Part shown: positions 38,894-48,268 of the stretch, one piece after another | Numbering within the stretch: position 1 is the stretch's first letter | Layout of the letters: every line of letters starts with the position of its first letter | Assembly (NCBI GenBank): GCA_963796685.1 | Contig: CAWCMR010000025.1 | Coordinates: 96,001 to 160,000, forward strand | Length of the DNA: 64,000 bases | Reading direction: 5' to 3' | Source: an uncultured delta proteobacterium | GTDB lineage: Bacteria; Myxococcota_A; Polyangia; Fen-1088 | Program-made: the position numbers and the translations under genes | The notes under the pieces: generated by a model | Databases searched by the model: none | Told to the model about the DNA's origin: nothing | The model's input: only the letters and a program-made list of their open reading frames with translations

Positions 38894-40633
38894 ATGAACT
38901 GCAGGAATCGAAGCGTAGGCGCGCGCGCCAAGCTCCCGCTCGGAGCACTCGTGGTCTTGTCCGTCCTGTCGGCCTGCGAGGGCGCTCGGCCAACGACGGG
39001 AAGCGCGGACTTGACCGTGCGCTCATTCGGCGCGCTTGGGATCGGCAGTGTCGTGGCGACGGTCAGTGGTCCCGCCCTGTCAACTCCCAGATCATTCCAG
39101 CTGACCCAGCGTGGGGATTCTTCGGCGGTCTGGGGCGGTCTTCTGGGCTCGCTTCCGGTAGGGGGCAACTATGTCTTCACCGTGTCGGCCGTCGACCGTT
39201 CGAACGCGGTCGACTACGCGGGAAGCGCTTCCGGTATCACCATCGCGGCCGGCGCGGTAGCCACAGTCACCATCACCGCCCAGCAAGTCGCCCCTCCGAT
39301 TCCTTTCGGTAACGCGGTTCCCGTGATCGATTCCCTGGTGTTCTCTTCGACGAACGTCGCCCCCGGTGAAACCATCGTGGTCAAGGCGACGGCGCACGAC
39401 CCGGACGCTGGAGACACCATTACTTTCGCGTGGACGGCAAGCCCGACACTAGGCGGATTCTCCGCCCCCTCCGCGGCCACGACCAAGTGGACGGCCCCGA
39501 GCGGCGAAGGCGACCAAACCGTCATCCTCAACGTAACCGACAGCCACAGCGCTTCGACGTCTGCCTCCACTATCGTCCACGTCGCGGCCGCAAATGGTCG
39601 CGGGCAGGCCGACATCAATGTTGGCTTCAACACCTGGCCCGTGGTCGCCGACGTTCTCGCGTCTCCCGGATACCTTGTTCCTGGCTCCCCGACCGCGATA
39701 ACGGTGACGGCAAGCGATGCCGATGGAGATGCTCTCACTTACGAATGGACCACCAGTTGTGGCGATGAGGGCTTTTCCAGTGCCGCGGCTGCATCGACTA
39801 CCTTCACACTTTCGTCTGGTTCGGACGCTGCGAGCTGCGATTTCGTCGTCACGGTTAGCGATGGACGCGGCGGATCCACGACGGGCCAAACCACGCTGCC
39901 GGTGGGCAAGCCGACGATCATCGAGGCGCCCACCATCACCGGGGCCGTCCAGTCCTCTGCCGACGTCCCAGCCAGCGGCACGGTGAATTTCTCGGTCGAC
40001 GCGGTCGATCCCCAAGGCGGCGCGCTGGCCTTTCAGTGGCTACCGGCCGCCGGGGCCATCTCGAACCAGATCGACGGCGCAGGCACATCGCAAGTGCTGT
40101 GGACAGCTCCAGCCACGCCGAGCGCCACCTTCACCGTGTCCGTGATCGTGACCGATGCGGCCGGCGTCAGCACTCAGTACGATTTCTCCGTCAGCAGCGC
40201 CACTTGCCGTTGCAACGGCACAGGCCCCGGCGGCGTTCCCGTCAAAGCGTCTTGCGGACAATCCACCTGCGGGTCCGATTACCAGATCTACGCGTGCAGC
40301 GCCTCCGGCTGGTCGCGGACCACCGAATCGTGCGCCCCCGATGCCGGTCCCTGCGAGTGCAACGGCGCGGGTCCAGGCGGCGTTCCCGTCAAAGCGTCTT
40401 GCGGACAATCCACCTGCGGGTCCGATTACCAGATCTACGCGTGCAGCGCCTCCGGCTGGTCGCGGACCACCGAATCGTGCGCCCCCGATGCCGGTCCCTG
40501 CGAGTGCAACGGCGCAGGTCCGGGCGACGTTCCAGTCACTGTTTCGTGCGGACAATCCACCTGCGGGTCCGATTACCAGATCTACGCGTGCAGCGCCTCC
40601 GGCTGGTCGGCAACTGGCGTCGCCTGCCCGTAG
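38894..40633 (+). CDS. Surface lipoprotein: Ig/PKD stalk + three tandem 49-aa six-Cys repeats
   Basis: Lipobox LSAC; N-terminal ~430 aa closely parallels 35050-37947; C-terminal CxCNGxGPGGVPVxxSCGQSTCGSDYQIYACSASGW x3. Confidence 0.85.
   Translation: MNCRNRSVGARAKLPLGALVVLSVLSACEGARPTTGSADLTVRSFGALGIGSVVATVSGPALSTPRSFQLTQRGDSSAVWGGLLGSLPVGGNYVFTVSAVDRSNAVDYAGSASGITIAAGAVATVTITAQQVAPPIPFGNAVPVIDSLVFSSTNVAPGETIVVKATAHDPDAGDTITFAWTASPTLGGFSAPSAATTKWTAPSGEGDQTVILNVTDSHSASTSASTIVHVAAANGRGQADINVGFNTWPVVADVLASPGYLVPGSPTAITVTASDADGDALTYEWTTSCGDEGFSSAAAASTTFTLSSGSDAASCDFVVTVSDGRGGSTTGQTTLPVGKPTIIEAPTITGAVQSSADVPASGTVNFSVDAVDPQGGALAFQWLPAAGAISNQIDGAGTSQVLWTAPATPSATFTVSVIVTDAAGVSTQYDFSVSSATCRCNGTGPGGVPVKASCGQSTCGSDYQIYACSASGWSRTTESCAPDAGPCECNGAGPGGVPVKASCGQSTCGSDYQIYACSASGWSRTTESCAPDAGPCECNGAGPGDVPVTVSCGQSTCGSDYQIYACSASGWSATGVACP
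40205..40630 (+). repeat. Intragenic 147-bp tandem repeat, ~2.9 copies
   Basis: Units start at 40205, 40352 and 40499; nearly identical at DNA level. Confidence 0.95.
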
Positions 40634-40689
40634 TCGGATTCGTTCGCCGGCCGGCGCGAGCCGCGAAAATCGAAGCGATGCAACACTTC

Positions 40690-40716
40690 GTCACCAGACT
40701 TTTGCGAATCGGTAAC
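40690..40716 (+). promoter_or_regulatory. Pho-box-like array upstream of fabF-like gene
   Basis: GTCAC 40690, TTTGC 40701, GTAAC 40712. Confidence 0.6.
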
Positions 40717-40771
40717 GCTCGTCCCCAACGATTTCGACTAGCTTCAGACGCCGGAAACCCTGAAAATCAAA

Positions 40772-40816
40772 GCGGCCCTGGCGCCTCCTCCGGCCCAGGG
40801 CCGCGTACTTTTTCCA
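40772..40816 (+). terminator. Terminator-like hairpin
   Basis: GCGGCCCTGG...CCAGGGCCGC stem then TACTTTTT; same element as 37986-38031. Confidence 0.55.
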
Positions 40817-40916
40817 GGGCCGGCCACATTCCCGTCGCCGGAACGCCACATTCCGTTCCCGTGAAAGTTGCCTAGCTGTGACTTCATCTCGAGCGAGGCT
40901 GGCGTACTCTGCCCGC

Positions 40917-42227
40917 ATGGCAAGCACGGAACCCGTTTCTCTTCGCCGCAGCGGCATGATGATCCCGTCGCTGCGCCGGTCGCAGTCGCAACGAAGGGTG
41001 GTCGTCACCGGTATCGGCATCGTGACCCCTTGGGGCTGCGACGTCGAGGTGTTCTGGAATGGTCTCACGGCCGGTCGCTCCTGCATCTCGCCTATCAGTC
41101 GCCTAGACACCTCGGACTATCCCGTTCACATCGGCGGACAGGTCGCGGAGGTGGCGCCGACGTCGTTCCTGCCGGAGCAGCTCCTTCGCCGCAACGATCT
41201 GTGCACCAACATCGGCCTTTTGGCGGGTGGCTTGGCTCTGGAATCGTCGGGGCTCGGCGCCCTCGCCGACGAGCGGCGCCCCATCTCGGTCATGGTCGGG
41301 TCGGCTTTCGGTGCCTCGCAGGGATTGCAGGATGTCTACGACTCGTACTTTCAGCGCGGCTGGCGCAAAATGCACCCGCTCTCGGTTCCGCGCAACATGT
41401 TCAACTCTCTGTCCAGCAACCTGTCGATTCAGTACAAATTGGGGGGCAGCCATTTCACCGTCGCGGCCGCATGTGCGTCGGGCGCGGTGGCGCTGGGCGA
41501 GGCCTTTCGCCGCATCCGTCACGGCGAGGACGAGATCGTGCTGGCGGGCGGTGCCGACGCTCCCATTTGCGGCAGCGTTCTCGGCGGCTGGTCCAACCTG
41601 CGCGTGCTTTCGCGTAATCCCGATCCCACGCACGCCTGCCGTCCGTTCGATTCCGAGCGCGACGGCTTGGTCATCTCCGAGGCAGCGGCCATGCTGGTTC
41701 TGGAAGATCTCGAGCACGCCCGCCGGCGCGGAGCCCGGTGCTATGGCGAGATTGCTGGGTATGGCGCCACCAGTGACGCCAGTCATCTGACCGCGCCCGA
41801 TGCCACGGGGCAAAGCCAAGCCATCGAACGGGCTCTGTGCTCGGCCGGGCTTGGGCCCGAGGACATCGACTATGTCAACGCGCACGGAACCTCGACCAAG
41901 CTCAACGACGAGGCCGAGACACGTGCCTTGCGCATGGCCCTGGGCGCGCATGCCGAGCGCGTCGCGGTCAGTGCCAACAAGTCCATGCTCGGGCACACCA
42001 TGGGCGCCTCCGGCGCGTTGGAGCTGATCAGCACCCTCCTCACCCTGCGCGATGGCGTGATTCCCCCTACCATCAATTACCAGACCCCCGATCCGTCCTG
42101 CAATCTCGACTACGTTCCCAACACCGCCCGTGCATCCGACGTTCGGGTGGCCATCAAGAGCTCGTTTGCTTTCGGCGGCGACAACGCCGTGCTCGTGGTC
42201 CGACAACCAGAGGAGATGCTGCAATGA
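40917..42227 (+). CDS. fabF: Beta-ketoacyl-ACP synthase II (FabF-type)
   Basis: RRVVVTGIG, catalytic AAACASG, CRPFDSERDG, YVNAHGTST, KSMLGHTMGASG, SFAFGGDNA. Confidence 0.88.
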   Translation: MASTEPVSLRRSGMMIPSLRRSQSQRRVVVTGIGIVTPWGCDVEVFWNGLTAGRSCISPISRLDTSDYPVHIGGQVAEVAPTSFLPEQLLRRNDLCTNIGLLAGGLALESSGLGALADERRPISVMVGSAFGASQGLQDVYDSYFQRGWRKMHPLSVPRNMFNSLSSNLSIQYKLGGSHFTVAAACASGAVALGEAFRRIRHGEDEIVLAGGADAPICGSVLGGWSNLRVLSRNPDPTHACRPFDSERDGLVISEAAAMLVLEDLEHARRRGARCYGEIAGYGATSDASHLTAPDATGQSQAIERALCSAGLGPEDIDYVNAHGTSTKLNDEAETRALRMALGAHAERVAVSANKSMLGHTMGASGALELISTLLTLRDGVIPPTINYQTPDPSCNLDYVPNTARASDVRVAIKSSFAFGGDNAVLVVRQPEEMLQ

Positions 42228-42487
42228 CACCTGAAGAAATCCGCGCCAAGCTCGCCACCATTATCGCCGAAAAGGTCAATAGCCGCGTTTTGGCCCAGCA
42301 GATTCAGTGGGACACCCGTTTGCGCGAAGACTTGGGCATCGACTCGCTGGAGGTCGCCGAGCTGATGTACGAGATCGAGGATACGTTCGGAACAGCCCTC
42401 GAAGATACGGAGCCGACGACGCTGGTTACGGTCCGCGATGCCGTGCACGCCATCGCGCGTGAGCTGCAGGTCCCGCTCGCGAGCTGA
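42224..42487 (+). CDS. Acyl carrier protein
   Basis: ATG 42224 overlaps the fabF stop; LREDLGIDSLEVAELMYEIEDTFG phosphopantetheine motif. Confidence 0.9.
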   Translation: MTPEEIRAKLATIIAEKVNSRVLAQQIQWDTRLREDLGIDSLEVAELMYEIEDTFGTALEDTEPTTLVTVRDAVHAIARELQVPLAS

Positions 42488-42510
42488 TCTGTGCCGCCTT
42501 CGGTCCGACC

Positions 42511-44368
42511 CTACGAGCGCGTTCGCAGCGCGAGAACCGGGGTCGGACCCGGGACGCGGCAATAGCTTTCGTAGCCGGCATTGCCCAGGTAGCGACGGAG
42601 CAACTTGGGCTCGGCCGTGCGCAAGTCCACGACGATCAAACCATCGATGCAGTTGCCGAAGCTGGCGTCGAGATTGAAGCTGAGCAGGAAGGCATTGAGC
42701 CGCAGATAGTGGCGCAGCAAAACAGGAAGTCCTTTGCTGTCAGCCTCGATCTCGGAAACCAGGGCCGAGACGTCGTCGGCATCGCGCACCAGCGCGACCA
42801 GGGCATCGCTCTCCTGGCGGCTGAGGCGGTCGCGCAGAGGATTTCGCGGCCTGACCAGCGGGCCGAGCGTGGCGTGACTGAAGCGCTTGGTCAGAAAGTC
42901 GACCATCAGCCGGCGCGAGAGGCCTTCGTATTCCTTGCTGATGCTGACGGGACCGAACAGCACCTTGTAGGTGGGATTGCGCACCAGATACTCGCCGATC
43001 CCCCGCCAGATGAGCGCCAGGGGTATGGCCTGACCTTGGTATTCCTGGCGCACGAAAGACCGCCCCATTTCCAGCGCCGGGCCTAGCCGATCGAGCAGCC
43101 CCGGCTTGAGCTTGAAGAGCGTGTTCGTGTACAAACCGGCCGCCCCCTGTTCCTTCAGGATCTTGTCGACCATTCCCAGCCGGTAGCTGCCAACCACCTC
43201 GCGGTTGGCCGAATTCCACAAGAACAGGTGCTGGTAGTGGCTATCGAAACGGTCCACGTCGCATGCCCGACCGGTTCCTTCTCCCACTGCCCGGAAGGTG
43301 CGCTCGCGCAACTGCCCGATCTCGGCAAGCAGCGACCCAATCTCGCGCGCGCCTGCGAGGAAGACCTGGTACTTTCCCTGCTCGGCCAGCAGCGCCGACG
43401 CCGGCAGGCGCGACACCTCCGCGGCGAGCTCGTGGCATGGCTGCGGCACCGCCAACGGTTCGAATGTGCCTTCGCAAGCACGCGGTGCAAATCGCGGACG
43501 GATAGGGCTTTCACGCCACTTCAGCATGTACGTCTTGAAGCGAAGATAGCTCGTCAAGGTTCGGTCATCGGGGTAACGCGACACCTTGCGCGGCTCGATG
43601 GGCCGCCCGATGCGCACTGCCACCCGCGAACCAGTGCGTTTCAACATCTCCGAGGGGAGCAAGGCCGTGCGCAGCTTGGGGTGAATGAGCCCGGAAAGCT
43701 GGAAGACCATGCTGTTGTGCCCATCGAAGAACATGGTGAGGACGGTTGCGCCGCTTCTGCGCACCAGTCCCGCGACGGTCTTGTGCCAGACGGGATCGGC
43801 GATGCAACCCTTGCGCAGACTGCAGGTGCGACACGACTCCCGCAGGGAAGATCCCCAGCGCCCCACCCTGCTCGAGCCACTTGATGGCCAGGCGAAGCCG
43901 CGAGACATTGCGCGCCTGGGACCGCGGGCCGCCGAAGGCATCGACGGGCAGAATCCACGGGGCCAGCTCGGGGATGTTCTGCAGCAATGCGTTCGCCATC
44001 AATCGAAAATCCGGTCGCACCTGGGTCAGAATGTCGCCCAAGATCAAACCATCCACGGCTCCGAAGGGATGATTGGCGACAATGACGAGGGGTCCTTGGA
44101 CCGGAATCTTCGCCACATCCTCGGGCGCCAAATCGTAGGCCACGCCCAGCCCGCGCAAAGCCGTGGCGAAGTAGCTGCGATCCCCGGCAATGGGAGACAT
44201 GCAAGCGTACACGTGATTGAGCGTGTCGAGCGAAAGGAACCTATCGATCGGCTGTTCGAGCAGTCGATAGACGGTTCGCCCCATGGGGCTGGTAATGCTT
44301 TCGCCCAAGTCCACCAGACGGTGGGGGACTCGCACGAGTCGATTCTTCTCCCGGGACTGATTCGGCAT
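42511..44368 (-). CDS. Fused LPLAT acyltransferase + GNAT N-acyltransferase (OlsF-like); frameshifted near 43820
   Basis: N-part VANHPFGAVDG, FPAG; C-part LRERTFRAVGEG, D.DRFD, VVGSYRLG, LEMGRSFV, LFGPVSIS, PVLLRHYL, CIDGLIVVD. One extra base in CAG-T-CTG joins the two ORFs. Confidence 0.8.
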
Positions 44369-44395
44369 CGTCTTCTCCCTCGACGTTGTCGCTCG

Positions 44396-44578
44396 CTAGC
44401 ACACCCAGATGGGCATGCCTTCCTCGGCCATGGCGAACCATTCGTCGAGGCGCAGGGTGCGTAGTTGCTCGTCCAGCTCGAAATCCGCAGGATCGAGCGC
44501 GGTTTCCTTTTCGAGCACCGATTCGCCCGAGCTTCGCGTCGGACCGGCTCTGCGCTGCCCGTGTTTGACGGCTGCCAT
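44396..44578 (-). CDS. Small acidic hypothetical protein (60 aa)
   Basis: Strong RBS AAGGAGG before ATG 44578; first ORF of the OlsF-like unit. Confidence 0.5.
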   Translation of the reverse strand: MAAVKHGQRRAGPTRSSGESVLEKETALDPADFELDEQLRTLRLDEWFAMAEEGMPIWVC

Positions 44579-44617
44579 GTGAACCTCCTTGGCTGGGCAC
44601 ACTCTAGCCGGGACGGT

Positions 44618-44644
44618 GTTTCAACGGAGTGACAGCTAAGCAAC
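44618..44644 (-). promoter_or_regulatory. Pho-box-like array upstream of small ORF and OlsF-like gene
   Basis: Minus strand GTTGC-N6-GTCAC-N6-GAAAC, containing CTGTCAC. Confidence 0.6.
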
Positions 44645-44664
44645 CATTCGCCGACAGGCGGTTA

Positions 44665-45420
44665 CTACAGGCCGTGCGGTTCCGCGGGCTCGGCCAGGCG
44701 AAAACCCACCCCGCGCACGGTTTGCAACAGATCGGCCGCGGTCGCGAGCTTGTCGCGCAGACGCTTGATGTGGGTGTCGACGGTGCGGCTGGCAACCTCG
44801 GGATGGTAACCCCACACCTCGGTCAGCAGCTCCTTGCGCGTACACATGCGTCCGGGCGAGCGAAGGAGAAAGAGCAGCAACCGCATCTCGAGCGCGCTGA
44901 CGCGGATCTCTTTGTCATCCACGAAGGCACGATGGGCGGATTCATCGACACGCAGGTTGCGCATGCCGAGGGTCGGATTGGCCTTCTCGGTTTCTGCCGC
45001 CTCCCGCGTGGTGGCAGCCGCCATGATCGCCTTTCTCATCTTGAGTCGCGCTTCCACACGCAGCATCAATTCGCGCACGCTGAAGGGTTTGGCCACGTAG
45101 TCGTCGGCTCCCATTTCGAATCCCACCACGCGATCGGCTTCTTGGACACGGGCCGAGAGAATGATGACGGCGGGCTGGTCGGGGCGTGGCGAATGGCGCA
45201 GGCGGCGGCAGATGTCCATGCCCGACATGTCCGGCAGCATCAGGTCGAGCAGGACCAAATCGGGTCGAAAGGTTTCCAGCGAAGCCAGGGCCACCGCCCC
45301 CCGATCGGCCACCTGGGCTTCGTAACCGCTGGCGCGTAGGGCATAGGCCAGCGAGCTGCCGATATCGATTTCGTCCTCCACGACGAGGACGCGCTCCTTG
45401 AGCTGGATTGAAGACTCCAT
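44665..45420 (-). CDS. OmpR/PhoB-family response regulator (PhoB-like)
   Basis: VLVVEDE, LVLLDLMLPDMSG, GADDYVAKPFS, SRTVDTHIKRLRDKL, TVRGVGFR; paralog of 23394-24194. Confidence 0.92.
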   Translation of the reverse strand: MESSIQLKERVLVVEDEIDIGSSLAYALRASGYEAQVADRGAVALASLETFRPDLVLLDLMLPDMSGMDICRRLRHSPRPDQPAVIILSARVQEADRVVGFEMGADDYVAKPFSVRELMLRVEARLKMRKAIMAAATTREAAETEKANPTLGMRNLRVDESAHRAFVDDKEIRVSALEMRLLLFLLRSPGRMCTRKELLTEVWGYHPEVASRTVDTHIKRLRDKLATAADLLQTVRGVGFRLAEPAEPHGL

Positions 45421-45430
45421 GGTCGCAAGG

Positions 45431-45473
45431 AGTATTGGCCCCGCCTGTTGCGATTCGGTGACGGACGCGTGAA
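45431..45473 (-). promoter_or_regulatory. Pho-box-like array + -10 element (probable autoregulation)
   Basis: Minus strand TTCAC-N6-GTCAC-N6-GCAAC-N10-AATACT, ending 10 nt before ATG 45420. Confidence 0.7.
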
Positions 45474-45557
45474 TTCTTGCCCCGTGCAGCGCCAGCTAGC
45501 GTCGCATGTCGACCCGAAACCGCGATTCAGTTCTTGGACATCGCGGCGGCAATCGAC

Positions 45558-48053
45558 TCAGCGCGGGCATTCGAGCGGTGTTTCCACGTCGAAGCAGGTC
45601 GGCTCTTCGCCCGAGGCGCGTAGGCCGTTGCTGTACACCGGGATGTGCGGTGTCCTGGGCTGGTCGTCGCTGTTCGCCGGAGGCGCTTGCAGCCCCTGGT
45701 AGCTCCAGTCGTTCGACGGATCCCAGGTGCAGCTCGAGGTGTTGTTGACGCCGATTTCGAGCATGAATTGGCGAGGGCCACCGATGATCGGCATCCGCCC
45801 CCAGAACGCATAACCTTCGAAGCCGATATCGACGTAGTAGGTTGACGGGCTCTGCGGACACGGCTTGGGTTTGCTGATGGTTGTCGGCTCGCCCCACTCG
45901 CTGGCACCGCGATCGTAGATCAGGCTGGCGGTCACGTCGCCTATCGAGCCGCCCTTCTTTTGCAGCTCGCTGATGTCGAAGAAGTACTTGATGCTCAAGT
46001 GCTTGTCGTAGCGTGGGACATGGACGGATTCGTTGATCAAGGTGACGGATACCTGCGAGTGGCAGCTGTTCGTGCTGTTGTAGTTCGAGAGGGTGTAGAA
46101 CTCGTCCCAATCCGGTTCGAGTGGCGGGAAGGTCGCAAGCGGGCACTGACCGCTGCCGTCCAGCTCGTAGAGGGCGGCGAGCGCCGCGATGAGCGAGGCA
46201 TTGTAGTCGATGGTGACCTCGTTGCTGCCGAAGTCGGAGCGCTTGTCGACGTGGTTGTCGCTTTCATCGGGACCGTTGACCAGGGCCCCCCAAATGATGT
46301 GGCGATTCTCCACCGGGTTGTCGGGCTCGCCCCAGATCGAGGCGTGTCCCGCGGCGTGGTGGGGCTGCATGCAATACTTGTCGGTGTAGCCCATCATGTA
46401 GGAGGTCTTGAGCGGGTTGTCGCCGAGGATGTACGCCATTTGCTTCCTGGCCCACGGCTGGATCGCCTTCACGGCAGCGCTGTCATCGGGAAACAGCTTG
46501 GCGTAGAGCAAGGCCACGAACTGTCCCGCCGAATTGTAGCGGGCAGAGCCGTAGGCATTGAGCACGGCGAATCCGCCCGGCGTCGTGGCCACCGTGCCGT
46601 CCGTCCATTTCATGGAATCCTCGCGTGCGATGGTCGCCATGCCCTGAGCCGCCGGATGGCCGAGGTCACGCAGGATTTGCGCCATCTTGAGGAAGACGCC
46701 CGTGCGCGCCGTCTCCCAGTCGTACGTCGCCGATTCGCTCCAGCAACTGGCTCCAGTGCGCTGCAGACAGGTCGTCACGAAGCCGGGGAAGCCATCCAGC
46801 CAGCCGCCGCCGGCGGCGTTCGGCCCCAGGATGTCGTCGAGATACGACTGCTCGCCGGTCGCGAGGTAGAGCCAAACCGCTGCCCAGGCCAATTCGTCGT
46901 AGGCGTAATCGGAATGGTAGAGGCCGACCGCATCGGACCCGACGACGTCGGGGTGCCTTGCGGCGAGCTTGTACAGGGCTTTGGCGTATGCGAGGGACTT
47001 GTCCGCGTAGGCCGCGTCCTTGCCGCTGATCACCAGCGAGGTCAGGGCCAAGGCGGCGGCCGCGCTCGCCGTCTCGTCCGAGGCGGGCTTGTCGTCGGTA
47101 GCGAAGTAACCTTTGCGCGGGCAGAAGTCGATGCGGCGTAGCTCCGGGGGCATCCAGTAGCAAGAATGGTCGGATGCATCGCTGACCTGGTGGGCGAATG
47201 CCACCACGTTGCCGCCGCTGTCGAGGAAGGTCGACTTCATGAAGTAGTCGTCCGCCCAGCGCAGCAGATTGAATGCCTCGTCCTCGAGGCCCGTGGCGCG
47301 GAAGGAATTCGGGAACTCGTACATGCTCCAGGCCAGGGTCGAGGCCGTGAACCCCGTGGTGAGCCCGAATTTGATGAAGTCGCCCGCATCGTGGAAACCG
47401 CCCGACAGGTCGACCTCGCCGGTGTTGTTCGGATCGAGAATGCTCTTGTACTTGGTGATGAAGGCCTGCGACAAATCCACGCCGGTGGCGGCGTTGGGAT
47501 CCAGCTTGATGTGCTGATCCATGACGTGGGCATCGCCTCGCCACTGCACGTAGGTGTTCACGACACCCGGTCCGGATTTGTTCACGTTGAGAAACCACAA
47601 GGCCTTCTGAAAAGCCTCGCCCAGCCCGCCCTCGGTGCCCTGGCAGGTGGGGTTCTGGGGAAAATTGAGCGGCGGAACCGGAGTCGGGCAATTGGTGTCG
47701 GGAATGATGCGCGCATCGGCGACAGTGTCCGGGCCTGCATCTCGACCGGCATCGGGGCCCAGGTTCACATCCGGACCAACCACGGCATCTCGACCGGCAT
47801 CCGGTCCGACAACAAAGACGGTGTCGGGAATCGCTCCGTCGGGAAGAGGCTCCACCACAAATGGTGGAATGTACACCCCACCATCGAGCATGCCCGGTTC
47901 CACCGGCGGCGACGGCCCGACCGGGGGCGGGTCGATGACCACGACCTTGGGCTGTCCCGATTGCAACAATAGGTGCGAGTTGCAACCGAAGGCGCCTACC
48001 GTCAAGGTGGCTACCAAACCGAGGAACACATGGGTGCACGAATGGTGATGCAT
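45558..48053 (-). CDS. GH9 endoglucanase lipoprotein with C-terminal CBM3-like module
   Basis: Lipobox AFGC; WRGD, DLSGGFHDAGDFIKFG, DELAWAAVWLY, YILGDNP..SYM.GY, GALVNGP, NEVTIDYNA (catalytic Asp/Asp/Glu intact); KYFFDISE and WDPSNDWSY typical of CBM3. Confidence 0.92.
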   Translation of the reverse strand: MHHHSCTHVFLGLVATLTVGAFGCNSHLLLQSGQPKVVVIDPPPVGPSPPVEPGMLDGGVYIPPFVVEPLPDGAIPDTVFVVGPDAGRDAVVGPDVNLGPDAGRDAGPDTVADARIIPDTNCPTPVPPLNFPQNPTCQGTEGGLGEAFQKALWFLNVNKSGPGVVNTYVQWRGDAHVMDQHIKLDPNAATGVDLSQAFITKYKSILDPNNTGEVDLSGGFHDAGDFIKFGLTTGFTASTLAWSMYEFPNSFRATGLEDEAFNLLRWADDYFMKSTFLDSGGNVVAFAHQVSDASDHSCYWMPPELRRIDFCPRKGYFATDDKPASDETASAAAALALTSLVISGKDAAYADKSLAYAKALYKLAARHPDVVGSDAVGLYHSDYAYDELAWAAVWLYLATGEQSYLDDILGPNAAGGGWLDGFPGFVTTCLQRTGASCWSESATYDWETARTGVFLKMAQILRDLGHPAAQGMATIAREDSMKWTDGTVATTPGGFAVLNAYGSARYNSAGQFVALLYAKLFPDDSAAVKAIQPWARKQMAYILGDNPLKTSYMMGYTDKYCMQPHHAAGHASIWGEPDNPVENRHIIWGALVNGPDESDNHVDKRSDFGSNEVTIDYNASLIAALAALYELDGSGQCPLATFPPLEPDWDEFYTLSNYNSTNSCHSQVSVTLINESVHVPRYDKHLSIKYFFDISELQKKGGSIGDVTASLIYDRGASEWGEPTTISKPKPCPQSPSTYYVDIGFEGYAFWGRMPIIGGPRQFMLEIGVNNTSSCTWDPSNDWSYQGLQAPPANSDDQPRTPHIPVYSNGLRASGEEPTCFDVETPLECPR

Positions 48054-48206
48054 GGAACTTGTCCGACCGTGAAGGCGCAACATCCGCTCCCGAGAAGCCC
48101 TGGCGGCAGCTGCCGGATGGTACCATATACTATGGTCGCTTCTGAAAGCGCCGCGCTTAGACTCATGGCGTTGCCAGGTGACGGCTCTCACGCCATCTTT
48201 CGGTCG

Positions 48207-48235
48207 TGAGCCAATCCCTGGCCGCCTCGCTACTG
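48207..48235 (+). promoter_or_regulatory. Putative ECF-sigma promoter
   Basis: TGAGCC-N16-GCTACTG; same spacing as 59020 and 63674. Confidence 0.6.
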
Positions 48236-48268
48236 TGTACGCATACGAACCCTTACCCTTGTCGGTCC

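Noticed and set aside
40205-40630. Possible CRISPR array (also the 24-bp repeat at 55357)
   Set aside because: Contiguous in-frame coding repeats with no unique spacers and no cas genes.
40917-42487. Type II PKS cluster
   Set aside because: Only one ketosynthase with FabF-type Cys-His-His and one ACP; no chain-length factor, cyclase or tailoring genes.
43800-43830. Programmed ribosomal frameshifting in the OlsF-like gene and the cassette-2 sigma
   Set aside because: No slippery heptamer at these junctions, and similar indels are scattered across unrelated genes.
48054-48200. TGAGCC-type ECF promoter for the GH9 gene
   Set aside because: The nearest minus-strand candidates (TGAGTC, AGAGCC) lack the ACTG -10 at N16, so GH9 cannot be assigned to these sigmas from sequence.
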